Assembly: GCA_040437565.1 (NCBI GenBank)
Contig: JBDOQK010000004.1
Location: 434,001 to 498,000, forward strand
Length of the DNA: 64,000 nt
DNA from: Albugo candida
Taxonomy: Eukaryota
Direction of reading: 5' to 3'
A model generated the notes under the pieces. The model worked only from the letters and a program-made list of their open reading frames with translations, ran no database searches and was not told where the DNA came from. Of the stretch, positions 50,270 to 62,912 are shown piece by piece. Position 1 is the stretch's first letter, and every line of letters begins with the position of its first letter. A program made the position numbers and the translations under genes.

Positions 50270-51992
50270 ACAATTTTCATTTCACACCATTTCTTGACTC
50301 GCAAACTGCAAGGTGATTTTTTGAGCTCCCACATGAGTGCTTCTTGGTTTCTTTTTCAGTGATTCAAGTGACGCCGAGAAAGAAGCAGCGGCTCCTATAT
50401 CCAAGAAGTGTGGACCACGTTGACCAAAACGTGGACGTTCGTTTAGCTTTTGATCCCGGTACAGGGAAGAGTTGTGTGCCGAATGCGATTCTCTCGCATC
50501 CCTTGGTAGCACGCACGATAGGAAGGTGAAGCGAGAAACGTAATCCTCTACTTCGATATATTTACTCCTTTCGACGAATTTGTCTTGGGAAAATCATTGA
50601 GAAGACATTTCACACCTCTTTTGTGGAGGGATCTCAAGATACTCTCCCGTTGGATCCCAAGACCGACTCCAAACACGTCTAGTCAATATCGGCTCTCTAA
50701 GGTCTCGTTCTCTTTGAAGCGGTCTTTTTCACCAAGCACGGTGACAAATTAGCACTCTAGTTGTTCACACGCGTCCGTGGTTCCAAGAATAACTCGCACA
50801 TTCTCGCCTGAAATCTTTACCCAATTTAGCGAGTATTCNNNNNNNNNNNNNNNNNNNNNNNNNNNNNNNNNNNNNNNNNNNNNNNNNNNNNNNNNNNNNN
50901 NNNNNNNNNNNNNNNNNNNNNNNNNNNNNNNNNNNNNNTGATTCAAGTGACGCCGAGAAAGAAGCAGCGGCTCCTATATCCAAGAAGTGTGGACCACGTT
51001 GACCAAAACGTGGACGTTCGTTTAGCTTTTGATCCCGGTACAGGGAAGAGTTGTGTGCCGAATGCGATTCTCTCGCATCCCTTGGTAGCACGCACGATAG
51101 GAAGGTGAAGCGAGAAACGTAATCCTCTACTTCGATATATTTACTCCTTTCGACGAATTTGTCTTGGGAAAATCATTGAGAAGACATTTCACACCTCTTT
51201 TGTGGAGGGATCTCAAGATACTCTCCCGTTGGATCCCAAGACCGACTCCAAACACGTCTAGTCAATATCGGCTCTCTAAGGTCTCGTTCTCTTTGAAGCG
51301 GTCTTTTTCACCAAGCACGGTGACAAATTAGCACTCTAGTTGTTCACACGCGTCCGTGGTTCCAAGAATAACTCGCACATTCTCGCCTGAAATCTTTACC
51401 CAATTTAGCGAGTATTCAAGAGGGAATCGAATACCGGGCTGTCGTGATCTCAGAGAATAGAGGTCAATAATTTTTTTATTTCAAATGCGGGTCAATGCCT
51501 GACCCGTTTCCAATATCATCCGAAAAATTTCTTTTGTGATCCTAAATGGCCGTGGTCCCTCGATTTTGGCGGCCACAAACTGACCAGTCCAGGTACTACC
51601 CGGTGTAAACTTCAGATATTGCAGCAATATCGACGCATTCGGCGTGAGAGGCTCCAGCAATATTATGTTTTTGCTCAGCTTGGCTCTTTTCACAAGAACT
51701 CTTACCACACGTGTAGTTGTCTTTTTTCACTACTCTGCGACGAGGTGGTGGCTGCGCCACCCTGTACCGTCTCAAAAGAGTGGGGTTCCTTTGCAGATCA
51801 TCACAGAGGGATGTAGACTCACCAAAAAGTATGCAACCATCCAAAGCTGGTGGCTCGTGGACGCTAAGATCCCTGATTTTGTCGATATGTCGACTTGCAG
51901 CATTGTTTTTGAGCGGAAAAGGTTGAAAAACATTGATTCTAATTGCCGATTACCAAGTTGTCGGATTATGTTGCTGCCAGCGAACTGAGAAG
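50270..51992 (-). mobile_element. Older, diverged 5' part (ORF1 region) of the same LINE family
   Basis: Minus strand CTTCTCAGTTCGCTGG...AAAACAATGCTGCAAGTCGACATATCGACAAAATCAGGG aligns with 49150-49275; a stop-riddled long frame follows. The 3' limit is approximate. Confidence 0.7.
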
Positions 51993-52375
51993 TCTCTTTC
52001 CAATCTCAGGTAACGGTGTTCGCCCTTAGTACGTATATTCAGAGACCGTTTGTTAGTACATGTATGGTGTTTTTCTACTTGCTTTCTAATCACTATTCTT
52101 CAACGCTGAAGATCCCGGCCCAACTTCTGTACAGTTACTTTCTGGTGCGGTTGTCAGCGTCTTGACACGTTCATGACTACATTAAGTATATTTTTATTTA
52201 CGAGGTGGATCTTTGACTCTGCTGGGGTTCGAACCGTCGTCCATACTGCTCGAACAGGGTGCACTTGTAGAGCAAGCGGATCCCAAACCTGAAATCGCTG
52301 GTTTGATATCCAATAGTGCGCGCAGCAGATGAGCCCACTCAAGTGGAAGCTTGGAAACCTCGATACAACAGTCTG

Positions 52376-52533
52376 TATATTACATTTCTAGCAAGCATCC
52401 AATTGTTTTATGTGGTACACCGAACCATAAACGTGTTATATCTTAAGATTATAATGACGCGTATATGTATCTTCACGATCAGACTATAAGCTCAATCATA
52501 CTGCTTGTTCGTGTGCTCAAAGTAGTAGTCATT
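52376..52533. repeat. Diverged direct repeat, copy 2 (partner at 40724-40880)
   Basis: Same blocks as copy 1; includes the last codons (NDYYFEHTNKQYD*) of the adjacent gene. Confidence 0.85.
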
Positions 52534-53100
52534 TCGGGCCAATTCCGCGCATAAAACATATGATCGTTGAATGGCCACCGCCTACAAAACGTATCAGTAC
52601 CTTTACATCATCACAAGTTGTACGCACCGTTACTGCCATTTGGATGAATAAGTATATGAGTAGAAAAACATAAAATGTTGGAGGCATTATTTTAACGGTC
52701 AAGGTGCTCAGCTGAATGGTATTCAGCAGATGTGACTGTATCAAGTAATAAATCACCACTGATACCGCAATGGCATGCGACACCAAACTCATTATACTTC
52801 CATAGTGAAACTGAAACAATTCTCAGTAAACACACAGCTGAATCCCGGTGTATATGTACTTACAATTTCAACATGTTTCACGGTAGGACGAGTATACTCA
52901 TTCAAAAGCATGTAATATCCCCAAATAGCGACACCAAATCCAATAAGAGAGTCCCACCAAACAAGATACCATGTCAGTGCAAAGCTCAGAATATAGGTTG
53001 CTAGCTGAATCATTGCAATTCGCTTGCATTTTGGTGCATTTTGCAGAGTTTGCTGTAAGCCAATCGCTTCTCCCGGAGCACCAAATTCTGTCGCTTTCAT
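52492..53100 (-). CDS. Small multi-pass (about 4 TM) membrane protein, 3 exons
   Basis: Two phase-0 introns (GTAAGT..CAG and GTGCGT..TAG) join the hydrophobic ORF pieces into one frame ending RNDYYFEHTNKQYD*. Confidence 0.7.
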
Positions 53101-53543
53101 CTTCGTATCTTTCAAGGATAGAGTCACACAAAATGTGTGCAGAGTCGCGTTCTTCTGAACAGTTGTGGCACTTTACTAACTCTTGATAATTTACTATACT
53201 TTGGTACGTTATTTGCGAGTGATTAACGACTTCGTGTGTTGAAGCATCGCTTCCAATAAATTCACAATATCATTGGCTCGTGGCAAATAGAGAAACCTTG
53301 CGTCTCCAAGCAGGTTTTTAGTAGAACTGGGAAGAATACCACGGCAAGGAACGTGTGTTCTAATAGTGCGTTATGGTAACCATAACAAGGTATGAGATTT
53401 TTACGACGAGAAAAATATCACATTCACTGTCCTTTTAATTATAATCAAATCACTCGCTTTATGTATAAATTTATAAGATTCAATAATGTAATAGTGTGAA
53501 AAACTTACGTTTCCTTAACATCATTCTATTTTTGTCACTCCTC

Positions 53544-54857
53544 ATGCAAGCAAAACGTATCATTCAGCAAATGTTTCCTCCGTGGTTAATCCGCACTTCC
53601 TTCTTCGTCGCAATACTCTCTCCCATCATTACCAACATTCCCACACAAATCGATCCGTTAGCGACTGTCACTCTAACGTACAGTGATAACACACTAAAGC
53701 AGAAAAATCTATACGAATCAAATCCTTCATTTTACGTCAATCACAGCGCCGCATTTCACAAAGACGCTGAAATAATCTTTTTAAATGAAGCACTTAGTGC
53801 TGAACACATTGCAGTCACTTCCGACGGCAAAATAGCATTCACAGGGCTTCGAGACGGTCGTATCGTTTATTTCCATACTGATAATATCCAAAAAGGTTTA
53901 TTTAATTTCACTCGCATCGGCAAAGACATCATATCGACTGCTGAGCCAAAACGCTCATGTGGACTTCCTCAAGACGAAGCCATCTGTGGAAGAGCACTGG
54001 GAATGGCTTTTGCAAGTTCAGAATTGTTTAATTCTTACACGTCCAAATTACAGTCACCAAGCTATTTCCCAGGAAAAGAAATCATGCTGGTTGCAGATGC
54101 GTATCAAGGCTTGTTTTTAGTGGATGCAAAAGGCAACAAAATCCTGTTATTTGACAGTGCACAAAATGGAACGACTCCAATCAAACTGAAATTTTTGAAT
54201 TCTATCGCAGTCGCGAAAAGTGGTTATGTATATCTGACGGTAACATCCTTGATTTTCGGTCGGAATCAAGTTCTTCTAGACGTATTGAAAGGAGAACCGA
54301 CCGGAATGTTGCTCGAATTCAATCCAAAAGAAGAGAAAGTTACGATTTTGAGAGATGGACTTCAGGAGCCTAATGGTATCGTTTTGACAAAAGATGAAAA
54401 GTATCTATTAATCTCATCAACGAATGCCAACAAAATTATCAAATACTCACTTTACGAGAAAACACTCCGTGATTTCGCTTTTGCTGCTGGAAAAGCAGAC
54501 AATTTGGAAATTGTTACGATCGAAAAGGTGAATCATTCTCCAAGAGATGTTTTATTGATCGGAATCACAGCTCCTCATCAGAAAGCTTTGCAGTGGATGT
54601 GGACCGACAAGACAGCTCGAAAAATGCTGTATTTGATGCCACCACAGCTTTTCATGGCGTATCTGAAAAAAGTCTCTTGTTCGTTCACTATCGTCGATAT
54701 CGAAACAGGAGATTTGCTGTATGTTATGGTGGATCCACTCGGACGGAATCCGTTCACGTCTGGCATTCAGAAAGTTGGTGATTATTTCTACTTTACCAGT
54801 TGGAACCACGCATCGATGCTTCGTGTGCCAGTAAAAGCCATCAATGAGCTTTTTTGA
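53544..54857 (+). CDS. Strictosidine synthase-like / APMAP (SMP-30 beta-propeller) protein
   Basis: AEHI..FTGLRDGRIV, CGRALGM, VADAYQGL, FLNSI, GEPTGMLLEFNP, PNGI, DNL. An Inr-like TCATTCTATTTT precedes ATG 53544. Confidence 0.9.
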   Translation: MQAKRIIQQMFPPWLIRTSFFVAILSPIITNIPTQIDPLATVTLTYSDNTLKQKNLYESNPSFYVNHSAAFHKDAEIIFLNEALSAEHIAVTSDGKIAFTGLRDGRIVYFHTDNIQKGLFNFTRIGKDIISTAEPKRSCGLPQDEAICGRALGMAFASSELFNSYTSKLQSPSYFPGKEIMLVADAYQGLFLVDAKGNKILLFDSAQNGTTPIKLKFLNSIAVAKSGYVYLTVTSLIFGRNQVLLDVLKGEPTGMLLEFNPKEEKVTILRDGLQEPNGIVLTKDEKYLLISSTNANKIIKYSLYEKTLRDFAFAAGKADNLEIVTIEKVNHSPRDVLLIGITAPHQKALQWMWTDKTARKMLYLMPPQLFMAYLKKVSCSFTIVDIETGDLLYVMVDPLGRNPFTSGIQKVGDYFYFTSWNHASMLRVPVKAINELF

Positions 54858-54913
54858 GTATTTGGTTCAGAATGTGATTGTGTTTTTAAAAATGTATTTT
54901 TGGCTCGTACATC

Positions 54914-57003
54914 CTACCGACTGGGAATACTTTCATATATTGCTCGCCGAGCAATTTGTGTGCGATAAAGGAAAATCGCAAGCAGAGAAATGGAACCCAG
55001 CAACAAGGTATACGGAAACCAATGATTTCCCTGCGCCATGCTCCACGTCAACTCTCTCTCTTCTGGTTGCGGAGTGAATACGCGCGCTGCTTGCACGAAC
55101 CCAGCTTGAGTCTCTTCATAATCGATCGGATACTGAAATTCTTTGCATCGATACTCCCCAAAAATATAACACTCAAACATGTTGAGTGCATGCAGAGGAC
55201 GTACAGCGGGAACCATATGACCAGCGCCTTTGACTGTTTTGAACACTAGTCCCTCATAGACTTGCACGTACCCAGCATGCTGACGATCCGGTCCAAACCA
55301 AGCTCGCCATTTTTCTACCACTGGTAACCGGAGTCCTTGCGATCCAATCCATCGTTCGGTGCCAATAAAATTGACGACCGAATCAGCATCTCCGCTGTAC
55401 ACTAAAATATTGAGCCCTTTTGCGAACATTAGCGCGGCCCATCATACTGGTCATTTATGTAAATTACCTTTGTTGAGGAATTGTTTATATTTTGGAAGCG
55501 AGGATACAGTGCGTCCAAATGAGTCCGTCACGTAGTTGCTACAACCGCTCCATTCGATGTACTGATCGCCAACATGAATTGCTTGCTACAACATCACTTA
55601 GAAAACGTGATCGGCTTGTATTGTTTTTCGACGCACCTGGACTTGCACGAGCCGGAGATAATGTCGCGTGAATGTGTCTGTGCATGGTCCAATGAGCTTG
55701 CTTGCAGGACGAGAGCCATTCAAATGAATGTGGAGAAAGGCTCCTTGCACGTTACTGAGTAAACATTTATCGCCGTAGATATAATACGGATTGAATTCAC
55801 GATCGTCCAATTCAACCGAACATTCTTCAACAGCCTCACGACACTTTGCATTGCTGCAGCTTTCGGGTGTAACGAAACACCGTCCGATATCACTCCCACA
55901 TAATTTTATCATTTGCTCGTAGTTTTCAGGCGACACGAGAGCGTGGGAGTGGTAATAATCGACCATAGCATTATTATCAATGTTTTCATCAGTATACGGA
56001 TTTCCGACCGCAAATCCTTTCAACTTCACGATCGATAACGGCTTCTGAACCAATAAATTCACCAGGAACGGAATATAAATGCCCGCGTAACTTTCACCGG
56101 TAATGTAAAAGTCGCGTTCTTGTAATTCGGAGTATCGGGTGAAAAATTTGGCCAGAAANNNNNNNNNNNNNNNNNNNNNNNNNNNNNNNNNNNNNNNNNN
56201 NNNNNNNNNNNNNNNNNNNNNNNNNNNNNNNNNNNNNNNNNNNNNNNNNNNNNNNNNNCATTTGCTCGTAGTTTTCAGGCGACACGAGAGCGTGGGAGTG
56301 GTAATAATCGACCATAGCATTATTATCAATGTTTTCATCAGTATACGGATTTCCGACCGCAAATCCTTTCAACTTCACGATCGATAACGGCTTCTGAACC
56401 AATAAATTCACCAGGAACGGAATATAAATGCCCGCGTAACTTTCACCGGTAATGTAAAAGTCGCGTTCTTGTAATTCGGAGTATCGGGTGAAAAATTTGG
56501 CCAGAAACTCGTAAGTTTTCGCAGCGACAATGTCATCAGTGTAGTAGCTGGCGTTTTGTAAAGGAAAGCTGAAGCCAACGCCAACGGGCGATTCCAACCA
56601 CAGCAAATTTACTTTCCGATTCCATGAATACGGGTTTAGTCGAACCGTAGCGTCGTTTTGCACAACGAATGGACCATTTTCCGTAAAGAATCCACCCAAT
56701 GAAGAGCATCCGGGCCCGCCATTTAGCCAAAGGACGATTGGGTCATTTGCAGGGTCGTTTTGACTCTCCGTGTACCAGTAAAAAAGTCTGCGCACAATGA
56801 CTCGATAATTTAGGGATCAAATAGTGTAGAAACCAGACTTACTTTTCATTTTCCTCTAGCTGGATGTGACCAGCAAATTGTTTGAATTGAATTGGATCAA
56901 TTAAATTAGGAAGATTGATTATTTGATGCTCCTCGATGGCTGCAAAAGCGCAAAAAATGGGATACAAAAGTGCGAAGAGAGAAAAAACACCTGTACAGCG
57001 CAT
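54914..57003 (-). CDS. Serine carboxypeptidase (S10) with signal peptide and C-terminal TM, multi-exon
   Basis: WLNGGPGCSS, GESYAG, YSGDAD and GAGHMVP. 55910-56158 is artefactually duplicated. Confidence 0.95.
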
Positions 57004-57238
57004 CGTAAATTGTGTTCTGTGTGATCGATTGGTCAGCAGCGTAGAATCAGAAATGGGATACATAGATGACAATAAAAACCATGCATTTGAGCTGTTTGTG
57101 CATTAGTCATACGAGAATGCATCTAAAGGAAGGAACCAAAAGTAAAAGGGGTTTTCTATTCTACGTCCATTCATACTATAAATATCTGGCGACGAATTAT
57201 CGAAGCAAGGACACATACAGTAAGTACCCTTCCGAGAA

Positions 57239-59133
57239 TTATTCGGCAGGTTGGAAATCGTTGTTTTTCTGAGCACGCACTTTTCTCACATGATATCGCC
57301 ACTCCACTATGAAACCAATCACTGCGAGTGCTGCTAATACTATCCCAACTATAGCTGGGAACGATAGACCTGTTTCTGATTTAGCCATTCTCTGTGTGAT
57401 TACTTCTTGATTATGAGATGTTTGAGGTGTACTATCTGTTGTGTTGGCTCGATATGTGACTGGATAAAAGTTGGAGCGAATTCCACACTGAGCAACTTCT
57501 ACATCATATGAGCCAATAAGTAAAGATGACGAATCTGGGAGTGTTACATTGATCACACTAGTCGACCTATTCGCTTGGACTATTTCCACGCTGAGCTGCG
57601 TTTTAATGATTTGATTGGTCGATATTGTTTGACTTAAAAACGCTTCATCCACCGGACAAGAATCTTGTAAGAAAATGCGAAACAGGTCGTTGCCCGCATC
57701 AAGACCTGTAACGTTTGTGATCATAACCTTTGGCGGAATTATATTTCCAATCACGGCCGACCCAGGAATTGTAGCCGCGTCTCCTACGTGAACGACTGCG
57801 TAGAGAGACTTTTTGCTTGATGGGCTGGCCAAACTACAGCTCAGCCGTGCTATCAGCTCAATGTTAGCGGTGCAACTTTCAGCAAGACAAGAGACCGATA
57901 CTAATGGGAGATTGTTCTGTATCGGATTTTCACAGCTAGAAGATGTAGCTGTTCCTGTGCATAACTGTACCACGTTGCAGCTTGGGACGCGGGAAAATCG
58001 CGTCCCACTGACGTATATTCGAGTGGTACATACGGAAATCTGGGTTTGAGGAGATCCTGAGATCGTTGGGCCTGCTTGTGCATTTATAATCCCAACAATT
58101 ACTCTTTCCTGCAAAGTTTTTGGACCGCTCACAGTTAGAAGTAATTTATTGACACCTGCTCCAAATCGCAACGCGATAGCCCAATCAATGCTTTCCACTA
58201 ATGTGATAAGCAAAGTGCAATTAGTGATTGAGCATTCGCCGTTTGCAGTCGCTGTTTTCACTTTAGGAATGGTACTTCGAGTAGGATCACATGATAGTTC
58301 AATAGATAAGCTCAATGTGAGTTGATAAGCTGCTGCATTAAGTGCGTCCCAATTACAAACGCGTAACGGAAATGTATTATTTCCTCCAAATAGTTGCAAA
58401 TTTTGATTTTCTAACGCGCATATGAGGGACGATGGACAATCCGCACACGACATCACCGCTTTGCTCAACTCAAGGTACTCCACTGCTANNNNNNNNNNNN
58501 NNNNNNNNNNNNNNNNNNNNNNNNNNNNNNNNNNNNNNNNNNNNNNNNNNNNNNNNNNNNNNNNNNNNNNNNNNNNNNNNNNNNNNNNCGCGTCCCACTG
58601 ACGTATATTCGAGTGGTACATACGGAAATCTGGGTTTGAGGAGATCCTGAGATCGTTGGGCCTGCTTGTGCATTTATAATCCCAACAATTACTCTTTCCT
58701 GCAAAGTTTTTGGACCGCTCACAGTTAGAAGTAATTTATTGACACCTGCTCCAAATCGCAACGCGATAGCCCAATCAATGCTTTCCACTAATGTGATAAG
58801 CAAAGTGCAATTAGTGATTGAGCATTCGCCGTTTGCAGTCGCTGTTTTCACTTTAGGAATGGTACTTCGAGTAGGATCACATGATAGTTCAATAGATAAG
58901 CTCAATGTGAGTTGATAAGCTGCTGCATTAAGTGCGTCCCAATTACAAACGCGTAACGGAAATGTATTATTTCCTCCAAATAGTTGCAAATTTTGATTTT
59001 CTAACGCGCATATGAGGGACGATGGACAATCCGCACACGACATCACCGCTTTGCTCAACTCAAGGTACTCCACTGCTAACTGGAATATTACCGTCTGTGC
59101 GACCCACATGGGCCAAGTAAATGCATGACGCAT
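57239..59133 (-). CDS. Cys-rich type I membrane protein of unknown function
   Basis: Continuous frame after collapsing the overlap across gap 58489-58588; C-terminal TM AIVGIVLAALAVIGFIVEW followed by a basic tail. Confidence 0.75.
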
Positions 59134-59475
59134 TCGTTGCTATCAGGCACCAAACTAAACTTCTGTGAAAAAAAAGGATGGACTATTAGAACTGATCGGT
59201 AACAGAAATAATAAGTTTGCGAATTCATAACCCTAATAGTAGGGAAACTCGACGTTTTAGTAAGGCGGGTAGGCAATATACACATTTGGAGTGCGTTTAC
59301 TTAGGGTAGAAAATGTAAGCATCACAAACATTCAGCGGCTTATATTTCACATTCGTGTCACTTGACAGCTGCACACTCGTGGCAGCTCATGATCCCTCCT
59401 CTCTGAGTCAATATGATGGGAAATATAGGTTTGTAAGGTTTTTCAATACTGAATATTTTTAATAGTCACTGTACG

Positions 59476-60469
59476 TTATGCATGCCGAAAATCGGTTTTG
59501 CCTTGAATGCAATACGGACAATGCTTTTCAAAAACATACTCTGCCGTTGCTCGATCAGCCTTAGTAAGTGGGCTTCGACAGATGAAACAGCTTGTTATGT
59601 CCCTTTCGACTAAATTAGGACCAACCGCAACTCGATCGTCAAAAACGTAACAGTTTCCGTCAAAATGACTTGCACCAACTTTTTCAAAGTATTTGAGAAT
59701 ACCGCCGTCTAATTGATACACTTTTGTAAATCCTTCATTTAGCAAGACGCAAGACGCTTTTTCGCAACGCACGCCACCAGTACAGTACATGACAATTGGC
59801 TTCTCTTTAGGCACACTTTTCAACCAAATTTTGGCAGTTGCTGGGAACGATCGAAAACTTTTGATATTGAGATCCACTGCGTTTGCAAAACCTCCTAAAC
59901 GAACTTCATAATCGTTTCTGAACGGCTTGTTACTTAACATCATGATATCAATCGATAAAAGCTAGTGAACAATACCTTGTGTCTAGAACGATCATTTCTT
60001 TCTTTGTATCCACCCACTGCTTAAATTCCTCGGGCTCAAGGTGCGTGGCGTTATGTTCGATCAAATTGTTCAACTCAGGGACACCCATCGCGATGACTTC
60101 CTTCTTAATTTTGACCAGAAAACGAGGTAATGTAAGTCTCCGTGAGATAGAATCTTTGAATTCCATAGAATGGAGTTTCGGGTGCAATGATCGAAGGCGT
60201 TCTTGTAGGAGCGATACAGCTTCTTTGACGCCACTAAGCCTTATATTAACGCCTTCGCGAGATAGAAGAATGGTTCCACATATTCGATACGCATTTGAGT
60301 TGATTTGTTGGAACAACTTGTAAAGCTCTTCTCGATATTTGACTAATGAATCATTGTCAAAAGAACAGAAGCCATAAGCAGACGAATTGATTATCGGCTC
60401 AGAATCGAGTGACATCACGTCACGCGTAAGTACGACGTTCGAATACGCACTTATAGTAAGCACGGCCAT
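59476..60469 (-). CDS. TrhO/YceA (UPF0176)-like rhodanese-domain protein, 2 exons
   Basis: GTILLSREGVN, VKIKKEV, LDTR|NDYEVRLGGF, MYCTGGVRCEKAS, YQLDGGILKYFE and GNCYVFDDRVAV. Confidence 0.9.
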
Positions 60470-60735
60470 GTGACTTGATCTAAATTTTTGGTATTACATA
60501 AATTTGGTCACAAGTTGCGAGAATATCTCCGTATCGTGTGTAGACGCAGTATCAGGATTGAATAGACCCTCAAATGATGTAAAGCATAAGCTCTGTCCAT
60601 CAATGTGTCCTAGTTTATTAGCTAATTGTAGACTGACGCATTCTAACCGATGAATAAAGCACCGCTGCCAACTCACTCGGGCGACAAAAGTATACATTCG
60701 CGAGTGCGAGCACCAATGCCGTGCAAATGAGAATG

Positions 60736-62841
60736 TCACGCCACCCCGAACTCGTGCTGTATTAGCTCCATCCACACCTCACGAGCCCTTTTCTGACTCG
60801 AAGTTTGCTTCTCTGATAGATTATCGAGCTCAAAAAGAGGATCTAGTGGTTGTATCTCCGACAGCGATTGTATAAATGCTTGCTGATGATCTAATTCGTG
60901 GTGTTGAAGTTCAGTCACGGTAGAGCTCAACATTTCGTGGCGAATTTCAGCCATAAGCCGACGTCCCCGCTCGGAGAAATTATACTTTTCTTCAGGCACA
61001 GCCATATCCATGTGCGTATCGATCGTTTTGTAACAGCAATCATTAACAAGCTGCCGAATCGCATACCTTTCCATCAAAGTCCTCTCTGTGGCGGTTTTAG
61101 TATCCAACTTTTGGGGTTCATCGATATCTACCTTTTTGATAACTGAAATCTCCCCACTCAAGTCCGAATCGGCTTGAACGCTCTTCACGATACTTTCATG
61201 TGATTCCTTCAAAATTGGACCATTCCGTTGCTCCAATCGAATTTCTTTGTGTTGTTCCCATAACTTGATGAAATGTAAAGCATTCAGACGTTTTCTATTC
61301 GCGTTTAAAAAAGCTTCGGTCCACGCAATGCAATCTAATTGTCGTTCAACTTCTAATGACGCGCTGCGAAGAACCATTTTCTTTTCAGTAGTCGCTTGTT
61401 CGAGCGCCTCAAGTGCATTTTGACATTGTTGACGAATCTGACGCTCCACGTTTTCATGATTCTCTGAGACATGTTGCTGTTGTACCTGAAGTTTTTCTTT
61501 TCGGTTGTGTAAACTTTCCTGAAATGTATCTAGAAGTGTGTCGGGTCGGAACGATTCCAAAAGTTCGTTTTCATATGCATTCGTTACACTAACCAATCGA
61601 TGCGTTCCATTCTCACCGGCTGAGTGATCGCCAAACATTTTACACTGCACACAGAGTGATGTATTACATATTGTGCAAAAAAAGTCCATCATTGTGTCCG
61701 AGTGTTCCTTGCACGGTATTGTCACAGTCGAAAAGCCTTTTTCGATCTGACTGAATACAAAATGTTTAATCGCATCCAGTGACTGACCCGGGTCGGGTTG
61801 AGACGAATTGGGTGGGAGACTGACTCGTGTGTGATCGCGTACGACTTTGTTGGCAGAATGAACGCTTTGATCACATTTGACACAAAGGACGGCGTTACAC
61901 GACTTGCATCGAACCGTTGCTGATTCGATCTCGCAAAGTACGCATTTGGATGCGCCATGAGCTGAGCGTCTCGCTCGAAGTTGACATCGCACGACGCATT
62001 TTTGGACGATCTGATTCGGATGAGTGAGGATGTATCGATGAGAATACAAAGGCTGGCTCGATAAAACAGCATTCGGGTTGTTGCTGTTGATTTTGGACGT
62101 CAAATGAAAGCTATGGTATCCATCCGGAAGTATCATATCCGAGCTCTGAGAGTCAATCGTATACGAATGCCCAACAATAATACGAAACAAAACGGCGTAA
62201 ACACCATCCATTGTTGTTGATTGTGGTAAAGTCAGTTTTCCAACGCACATCGGTGTTGCATTTTGCGCAAGTGCGGTCGAAAGTTCGAGTGGATTTTCAG
62301 ATAACGTGTCAATATCATCGATAAGAATCCAGGAATCGAGTGTGAGCAAGTCCGAGACGCTATTGTCCACATTTGGAGACGGTAATTTCCAGGCAGTAAA
62401 TTCGTTCAAGTCGTATTCTTCAAGAGCGCACTATCGGTACACAATGTTGAAAGTAAATTACCGAGACGGTATGGTCGCACCTGTAACAGATATTTGATGC
62501 GATAAAACTCTGGGGACGTTTTAGGTATGGTTGGAAATGGAAGCTTTCGCGCTAGTGAAATACGTATAAGTAAACGTTCTTGTGTATACCGTGTGCCAAA
62601 TACCTTCCAACTTATCTTGCGTACACGTTTCCATTGATGAAATATCACCTTTTTCTGAACAAGAAGTGCGAGGCTGACGTGTCACTTGTTCCTTAGCAGT
62701 GAATCGCTCCGAATTCGTTCTACTTTGTTGTTTCGATTGCAATTGCATCAATCTATCCTCATTTTCCTTACGCTTCAAAAACATTCGCATTCTCTGCAAT
62801 GAAGCATCGTGTTGACTCTCCTTTGTTTTATCGCCTTCCAT
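60736..62841 (-). CDS. B-box zinc-finger / coiled-coil protein (about 3 exons)
   Basis: CVLC..C..C...LCVKCD..VH..N....H.R and CKEH....FFCTICNTSLCVQCK..GDH, followed by a coiled coil. Upstream ORF pieces can be joined by short introns. Confidence 0.82.
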
Positions 62842-62912
62842 TCCGAGTGTCCTTTCAAGATCTGAGAGAATTTCTATTAAGTGAACCCTTCATTCAATAA
62901 AGTCACGACACA

